From: the human T2T-CHM13v2.0 reference genome, Homo sapiens
NCBI RefSeq assembly: GCF_009914755.1
Contig: NC_060933.1
Strand: one strand, 5' to 3'
Length of the DNA: 64,000 bases
Part shown: positions 53,299-64,000 of the stretch, in pieces
Numbering within the stretch: the first letter of the stretch is position 1
Layout of the letters: every line of letters begins with the position of its first letter
Notes under the pieces: model-generated
Databases searched by the model: none
Told to the model about the DNA's origin: nothing
What the model saw: the letters and a program-made list of their open reading frames with translations, nothing else
Made by a program: the position numbers and the translations under genes

Positions 53299-54344
53299 TT
53301 TCTGGGGCCAGTTTCACAGAAATTTTATCACGTCTGGCTTTCTGAAGACTGCAATGCTATAAATTATTTGTTCCTTCTCATAGCTTTCATCAATTATAAG
53401 GTTTTGTCCTTTGTGAGAATGTAAAAGCTGAAGTCTTCATTACATCTTACTGAGAAAGATCTTATTGATTTTTTTTCTGATGGGAGGTGGTGGGTGAAGC
53501 AAGCAGAACAGAGGGTCTAGGAAAAATCTGGACAGGAACCAAAAGGGTGGCAGGGGACTCTAGTGAGCCCCAGAGGAAATAGCCTGGGCTCCCCTTTTCC
53601 CGGTAGAATAGTGCCAGTTGGGCTAAGTTTGCAGGGAAAACAAACAGCAAATATAACATTTTACTGTGTTAGTGATGGTGAACGGGTCTGAACTTAATCT
53701 GAGAGGTGAGTCCACTTTGGGGCTTGGCTCTCACACTCAAATGGTTACTCCTGGTAACTGTGAAATAAAGCCTTTCTGTCCTCTATGTACCAGAATCATT
53801 GCTTTTGTCTGCATATTTTCTGAAAGGTGCTTCTCATTCTATTACCCTTTAATTAATCAGCGTCACCAATGTGAATATTATGAATGAGTTTTATGCCCTG
53901 CACAAAATATCATTGTCAGAAACATATTCTGAAGCAGGGAACATTAGATAAAATCAACAAGGGTTGGAGGAGACCCCTCCGTCCCCTCTGCCACCACCTG
54001 GGTGCAGGTTCTCATTGCCTCTTTCTAGACCACTGCAATAACTTCCCAGCTCCTCTTCTTCTTGCCCCAGAGCACCAGCAGATTCTGCCACAGGGGCCAA
54101 TCCTTCTCAGGCTGGCCCCAACCTGACCTTTTCCTTGTTCCCCCATCCCCAGCCCCAACTGTGGGACTGCATGTCTTTGTTGATGGTCCTGCCCACAATT
54201 TTCATCTAACTCCTGTTCTAGGTGTGTTCCACCTGAGTATTTCACTCTCGTGAAACTGCCCTAGAACACCCAAGTGGAGAAACACTTTCTAAGTGTAATG
54301 GGCTGTGTTTACTCATGAAGTTGTAGCCCGTTCAGAAATACATT

Positions 54345-55310
54345 GCTTTGTATTTATATAGAATTATAAAGGATCTTGAATAGTCAAGGCAAATGTTAAA
54401 GAATAAAAACAAAGTTGAGGAACTCTCAATGCCAGATTTCAAGATTTGCACTAAAACTTTGTTAATGAGGACACTGTGGTATTGACACAAAAACAAATAG
54501 TCGAATGGAAGAGGCTGGTGAATCCAGAAATACACTGCACATAAACAGTCACAGAATCTACACAAAGCCACTCCTGCAATTTAGTGAGTGAAGAATTTAT
54601 TTTCAATAAATGATGCTACATCAACTGCATATCTATATGGAAAATGTGGAATAAGCTCTTAGCTCAGCCCATTTACAAAAATTAATTTGACATGGATCAC
54701 TATCTTAAGTTGAAGGTTAAAACGATGATTTGAGAAGAAAATATAAAAGAACATCTTCATGACCTTGGGATAGGCAAAGATTCCTCCCATAGACACGACC
54801 CATCAGCACTAACAATAAAGAAGTGATAAATTGAACTTCATTAAAATTATGAAATTCTACTCCTTGATGTACACTATTGAGTGGAAACACAAGCCAAAAT
54901 CTTGGAGAAGATAATCACAATGCATATGTCCAACAAAGGACTCATGTTCTAAGTATGTAAAGAACATGTTCAAATTAATAAAAGACAATTTTTTAAGGCA
55001 AAAGAATTAACAGGCACATCCCCAAAGAGGATATACAAAATAGGCAAGAAACATATGGAAATATGTTTAATATCATTACTCATGAGAGAAATGCAAATTA
55101 AACTCACCATGAAAAATCACTGTACATTCCACAGAATGAATAAAATTAAAAAGACTGACGATGCTGAGTGCTGGCAGGGATGCCAAGTATACAGAACTCT
55201 CACACACTGCTGCTGCACGGGGCAAAGGGTGGACCAACTGCTTTGAAAAACTGGAACTACCTGCTAAAGCTAGACCTATGCCTGTCTTATGACCCAGAAA
55301 TACCAGTTAC
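54345..55310 (+). mobile_element. Old L1M ORF2/3' fragment
   Basis: atcttcatgaccttgggataggcaaagattc, gagaaatgcaaattaaac, tatgacccagaaat motifs. Confidence 0.8.
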
Positions 55311-56700
55311 CTGTAGGTGTTGTCGGGATTAATTCAAGTAGGCTAGAATTAGCCTGAGCTCTTTTGCTAAAGCACCTGCTGACCCCTAGTCAAAGCGTGA
55401 AACATAATGATTAATTAATGGTGGTGCATTGCACCCATGGATTTGAGGGGCATCGTGTGAGTTGTGCCAGCTTGTCATTGTTGTTCATTGGTAACAGATG
55501 ATTTGTACCTGGTGTTGCTGAGAATCCTAGAGGGCTCTGCCATTGTAGCCATGATGTTCTGAAGTGTCTGATATATGTTAAAATTAGAGGTAGTAAAATA
55601 ACATGTTTTGCAAATATCTTTTTGTTAAAATTCATATGAAATGTTGTTTTTGGGGAAGAATGGCCAAACCACCTGTTGAATAATACATAGTGCGTTTGAG
55701 CCCCTGTTCAGGAGAGTCGGGAGAAGGGTGAAGTGGAGAGAGCTCTGTGCCACTGTACTCACAGTGAGGCAAGATGAACCATTATCTCTATGTCTGTGCA
55801 TTTTGTTTTACGTATCTCTGTACATAGTGTATATAAAGGACAAACGAGTCCAGTTTACATCTAGTTTTTCTAGATGTTAAAGAGGTTGCCAGTGTATGGC
55901 AAAAGTAGATTAGTGAACTAATGTATTTTGTACATTTTGTTTTAAAATTCCTAGGAGAGATTGTCTTCTGAAAATCTGAGCATTCTTTCTCACTGGGTTG
56001 ATGGAGCTGGGAAGGGTCCTAGGCCAGAATGTCCATATTTCAAAGACTCTTTCAAATTATAACTATGGTTACATGGGTGCAGTTTATTCCAGACTACTGT
56101 GTACATAGTGGACAAATTAACTCCTTACCTGAAACATCTAGTTTACCTAGATGTTTAAAGTGCCTGATATATGTTAAATGTAGAGGTGGCAACATAGCAC
56201 TTTGTAAATATCTTTTTGCTAAAACTAATAGGAAATACTGTCTTTTGGAAATTCAATTGTGAAGCCACCATTGTGAGCAGTAGAGTACTGTCTATACTTG
56301 TTCAATGGCTTAGAGGAGGTGGGAGGGAAGAAATTGCAAAAGGTAATATGCTAGCGTGTTCATACTTGGACGTCTTCAGACACCATTTTTTCTCTATGTT
56401 TTGTGCATTTTGTTTTGCTCTGTATATAGTGTATGTTATGAAAAAATGAGCACTAATTTTGCAACATCTAGTCTCTAGGTGTTAAAGACATTGGCAATGT
56501 ATGACAAAGAACTTAGAAAATTAGCATATTTTTATGCCTTGTGTTGAAATTAATAGGAAAATTTGTCTTCTGCAAATGACTTTTGGATAGAAATTTGTTC
56601 ATCTCTAAGCATTACGTGTGTCTGTACTTGTCCACTGGATTGAAGGCAGAGAGAAGGAAGTGAGGAGAGAATGATTTGAGGCCAAAATGGTCATATTTAG

Positions 56701-57133
<433 letters not shown>

Positions 57134-57327
57134 GGTGATTATTTAAAAGCAGAAGTAGTATAATCATATTTTTTTGTAAATAGCTTTTTAAAAATGGATG
57201 GGAAATAATATTTGGAAGTGGAGTTGTTGAACTACCTCTGTGAACAGCATACTCTCTCTAATTGTTCATTGGGTTGAGGGTGGTGAGAGGGAAGAAATTG
57301 CAAAAGTTGCTTTGCTAGTGTTTATTA

Positions 57328-57402
57328 GCACGTTGTGCACGTGTATCCTAAAACTTAAAGTATAATAATAATAAAATTTTAAAAAAAGGTTTTAAAAAAA
57401 AA
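57328..57402 (+). mobile_element. About 75-bp extreme 3' tip of an L1PA inserted in the NORAD retrocopy
   Basis: gcacgttgtgcacgtgtatcctaaaacttaaagtataataataataaaa matches the L1PA 3' terminus, followed by an A-rich tail. Confidence 0.85.
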
Positions 57403-58053
57403 GAAAATTTCAGCTTAATCCATTGCCTGTATGTTACATGCGTTTCATTTACCTTTGCTGTACTGTATATATTGTGTATATACTGAACAAATGAGTCCTA
57501 ATTTTATAATATTTAGTCGAGTCTCTAGAGAGTAAAGAGGTTGCCAATGTATGACAGAAAGAGTTAGTAAACTAGCATAAGTTGTATGCTTTGTTAAAAT
57601 TCACAGAAAGACTGTCTTCTGAAAAGGACTTTTGGGAGTGAAATAACATCAGCTCTAAGTGACTCATGTGCCTATATCCACCTGGTTGGTGGTGAAGAGG
57701 AGTTGAAAGGAATGAAGGATTCTAGGACAGAAGGTTCCTATTGAGAAGACACTTTCGGCTATAACCACTGTTACATGTGTGTAATTTATTCAACACTACT
57801 GTGTATATAACGGACAAACAAATCATATTTAAAACATCATCTAGTCTTTTTAGATGTTTAGAAGTGCACAAAGTATGTTAAAAGTAGAGGTAAATAACAC
57901 ATTTTGTAGATATCCTTTTGATGTGAAATATTGTCTTTTGGAAATTGAGCAAACCAATTCCCTGAGCCGTACACATTATTATATCTGTGTCAGTTTGGGG
58001 AGGAAGGAGGAGCAGAAAGTACAAAGGGCTTTTCACCAGTGTGTTTATGGTGA

Positions 58054-58326
<273 letters not shown>

Positions 58327-58493
58327 TAGATAGCGTACATAAGAGGACAAACCAATCCTAATCTATATCATCTAGTCTTTGTAGATGTTAGAGAGGTCCA
58401 GTGTGTGACAAAAGTAGATTTAGTGAATTAAAACACTGAGTACGTTTTGTGTTAAAATTCATAGGGAAGACTGTTGTTAAAAACATAGAAGTG

Positions 58494-58715
58494 GGCAGGG
58501 CACGGTGGCTCACGCCTGTAATCCCAGCACTTTGGGAGGCTGAGGTGGGCAGATCACCTGTGGTCAGGAGTTCAAGACCAGCCTGACCAATATGATGAAA
58601 TCCTGTGTCTACTAAAAATACAAAAATTAGCTGGGCATGGCAGCGGGCACCTGTAATCCCAGGTACTTGGGAGGCTGAGGCAGGAGAATTGCTTGAACCC
58701 AGGAGGCAGAGGTTG
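58494..58715 (+). mobile_element. 3'-truncated Alu (no tail) in the NORAD retrocopy
   Basis: Ends at aggaggcagaggttg and joins host sequence directly. Confidence 0.85.
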
Positions 58716-59200
58716 TTAGAATCCTTTCTACACAATACATTTGGCTTATAGCTGTCCACAGGGTGGACAGAGGTTGGAACGGGAAGGGTTCTAGGCCAAA
58801 ATGTTCAGGGGAGGGGTGCTAGGCCAGAATGTTCGTATTTAGAAGACACTTTCAAATTACAGTCTATGTTATGTATATGCACCATTTATTCAATGCTACT
58901 ATGTATATAGTGGAAAACCTAAGTCCTCTTTGAAACATCTAGTCTTTCTAAATGTTTAAAAGTGCACAACATAGGTTAGAAGTAGAGGGCTAAAGTGACA
59001 CCCTTTAAGCATTTTCTTTATTACTTTTTAGGAGTGTTTGCATTTGGAAATGGAATGGTTAAACTTGATGCTTTGGACTGTTCATAGGGTGATGGTGGGT
59101 GTAGGAGGAGGAAGTATGCAAAGGGAAGGGTTCTGTGCCCAAGAGTTAGATTAGTTCACATGGTCTAACCATTGTTCTATATGCATTTTAGTTAATAGTG

Positions 59201-59502
59201 TTTTGTTTTTTATTTTTGATGGAGTTTTGCTCTTGTTGCCCAGGTTGGAGTGCAATGGTGTGATCTAGGCTCACTGCAACCTCTGCCTCCTGGGTTCAAG
59301 TGGTTCTCCTGCCTCAGCCTCCTGAGTAGCTAGGATTATAGGCACACACCACCACACCTGGCTAATTTTTTTGGTAATTTTTAGTAGATTCGGTGTTTCA
59401 CCATGTTGGCCGGGCTTGTCTTGAACTCCTGACCTCAGGTGATCCACCCACCTCAGCCTCCCAAAGTGCTGGGATTACAGGTGTGAGCCACCGCACCTGG
59501 CC
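59201..59502 (-). mobile_element. AluS in the NORAD retrocopy
   Basis: TSD aatagtg (59194-59200 / 59503-59509). Confidence 0.9.
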
Positions 59503-61704
59503 AATAGTGGGTATTAAAAGATAAACAAGTCTTAATGCTCAAAGTATGTTAAAAATAGATGTAGTAAAACAATCCGTCTACAAATGTTCTTTTGTTGTAT
59601 TTTAGGAGGCCTGTCTTCTGGGAGTGACCTTTGTTATTCCACCTCTTGGAGCTAGGCATAGTCCTATACCTAGTCACTGGGATGGTGGAAGAGGGAGAAA
59701 AGGAAGGATGAAGGAAAGAGCTATTTGCTAGTATCTCCACATCTAGAAGATGGTTTTAGATGATAACCATAGGTCTACATGAGCATTTTTAGTAAAGTGC
59801 TTGTGTGTAATTCTGGACAAAGTTTATTATTTTGCACTATCTAAGCTTTATGAATGTCCTGGGGTGATAATGTGTGATAAAAAGTAGAACTAGTGAATTA
59901 GCCAATTTGTAAATTTTTTCTTGTTATAATTTATAGAAAAGATGCAACTTGGACATGGAACTGTTAAACCATCTCTGAGCTTTGTATGCCAGGACTTGTT
60001 CATTAGGTTGGCAGCAGAGCAGCAAAAGGAAGTATAAAGAGAGAGATGTATGCAGATGTGTCGATATTTACATTTTGATGATAGCCATTGTTGTATGTGC
60101 ATCTCTTTTAGCTGTACTATAGGAATACATTAGGTATTTCAATGAAAACATACCTTGCTAATATTTGAATAGTATAGATCTGCTAATGGATTCTCTTAGA
60201 AACATTATACTTAGTGTATTCTATTGCTGTATATTTCATTTTAAAGTGAGCACTAAAGGAATGCGGTATTTTAATAAAAACTCTGCCAACGCTTTTACTT
60301 AGAGGCGTGTTGCCAATTTTTGTCTTTTATGAAAATTTGGCCCAAGAAAGGCAGGATTACATTGTTTTTCCAACAGATTGAGTGGGTGTAGTGTATTCTT
60401 GATGATCAAAATACTCATATAGCTTTGAGATTTTGAATTGGTAAATACTCAAGATGTGTGAAAAAGCATGATACATACTATATGATCTCAGTCCCATAAA
60501 ATTGACTATTGTATCTACACCCACACAGGACCTAGAAGGACATGTTAAACTGTAAACTGCTTGTGATTGTGGATGACCTTTTTCGTTGCTTCTTGTGTTT
60601 TTCAGTTTCCTATAATGCACATAGTAACTTAAAAAAATAAAGATTATTTTTGAAACCTAAAAAAAAGAGGTTACAGAATTGAATACTCCCTGAGATAAGG
60701 TAAAATCATCTTATGCTAACGGTTGCAAGATAATGGTATAAGTAAGCTTTCGTCGTACATATCAATGAACTTTAAGATTTGGAAGACAAAATTCAGTTTA
60801 TGTATTCAATTAAATGTGCTCAGATTGTATTGTGCTAGATAGGCACATTATTCTAACATAATATGAATGAATCAATAAAATCCTTATAATACTGATGAAA
60901 TGTGGTCATTTACATGTAAATCTTATATGGCTATTTCCATATGGATATTAATAATATGTAGACCATTTGTTACTAATAGATATTTAAATTCCTTCAAATA
61001 CTTGTTGATATAAGTTTATGCCACAGATTTATCTTTGGCATGAAAAGAAAGAATGGATAAGAGAGACGACTTGTAGAAATATCTTGGAGGTTGTGTAACA
61101 TCTCGTTTCTGCCCAGGCTCTGTGTGTATTCACAGTATTCTGTGGAGAGGAAGCAAGTATAAGTCAAATTCCTGGTACCTTGAATAACACTCAAATCTGT
61201 GTCTCTGTTTCATCATCCTGCAGTGAGCTAGATGGATTCCCCTATCCCTTCTCATCCTTCCACCCAATACTCACCTGTCCACTCTGACTTTTATTTTGAC
61301 TTTCGAGGCTGGGGATGTTAAGGGTTGGTGGAGGCAGTGCGGTACTGCTGCTCAGCAAGAAGCTTGCGTGGCCTTGCCAGGTTCCCAAATCACAAAACCA
61401 CACACTGTTCTCATTAGTGTGAAGTGCAAGATTCTCTCTTCTATGCTAATTTGCAAAGAAATTAAGATGGTACCTTTCAGTAGAAAAATTTCCCTCAGTG
61501 CCCTAGTTCAGAGGAGCGATGAAATGTAACACGCAGAGAGTCAGATGTTTAGGTACTCCTCAAGTTTCCTGTAAAAGAGCAGAACTGCAGGCTGCTGGAA
61601 AGACTGAGGGTGGAGCTGGCGCTGCAGCAACTGAGGGATGTCTTTGCAAATGTGCTCATGTATGTTTTTATGTGAAAATAATCTTAAAATTTCTCAATTC
61701 AGGC

Positions 61705-63700
<1,996 letters not shown>

Positions 63701-63704
63701 TGGA

Positions 63705-64000
63705 CAGTTTTGTTTTTTGGTTTTTGGTTTTTGTTTTGTTTTGTTTGAGATGGAGTTTTGCTCTTGTTGCCCAGCTGGAGTGCAATGATGCGATCTCAGC
63801 TTACTACAACCTCTGCCTCCTGGGTTTGAGCAATTCTCCTAACTCAGCTTTCTAAGCAACTGGAATTACAGGTGCCTACCACCACGTCTGGCTAATTTTT
63901 GTATTTTTAGTAGAGACAGGGTTTTACCATGTTGGCCAGGCTGGTCTTGAGCTCCTGACCTCAAGTGATCCACAACGCCTTAGCCTCCCAAAGTGCTGGG
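63705..64000 (-). mobile_element. AluS (cut by window end)
   Basis: Antisense Alu. Confidence 0.88.

Noticed and set aside
55300-55550. TSD for the NORAD retrocopy
   Set aside because: No convincing copy of the 3' flank (aagaggttacag) found near the 5' end, so the 5' boundary is left approximate.

Overview
Primate (very probably human, chr9p13-like) genomic DNA rich in Alu, L1, DNA-transposon and MaLR repeats. (1) The left third holds the 5' coding exons 1-7 of the ankyrin-repeat gene ANKRD18A on the minus strand. All splice sites are GT-AG and the exon phases reconcile. An extra tandem-duplicated, in-frame 54-nt exon copy lies at 3065-3118. (2) A CpG island at about 18.1-20.9 kb is built from several nested tandem repeats and is probably a bidirectional promoter shared with the lncRNA FAM201A. 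(3) An apparently full-length processed pseudogene of 14-3-3 beta (YWHAB) lies at about 41.1-45.5 kb, with a candidate target-site duplication (TSD). (4) The most notable item is invisible in the ORF track: a roughly 5-kb, 5'-truncated retrocopy of the lncRNA NORAD (LINC00657) at about 55.5-60.7 kb. It keeps its repeat-unit architecture, hairpins and at least 12 Pumilio response elements. It appears to lack the Alu present in modern NORAD, and it carries its own later Alu and L1 insertions. Gene and repeat identities come from recognition and recall, not from database searches. Repeat boundaries are approximate.
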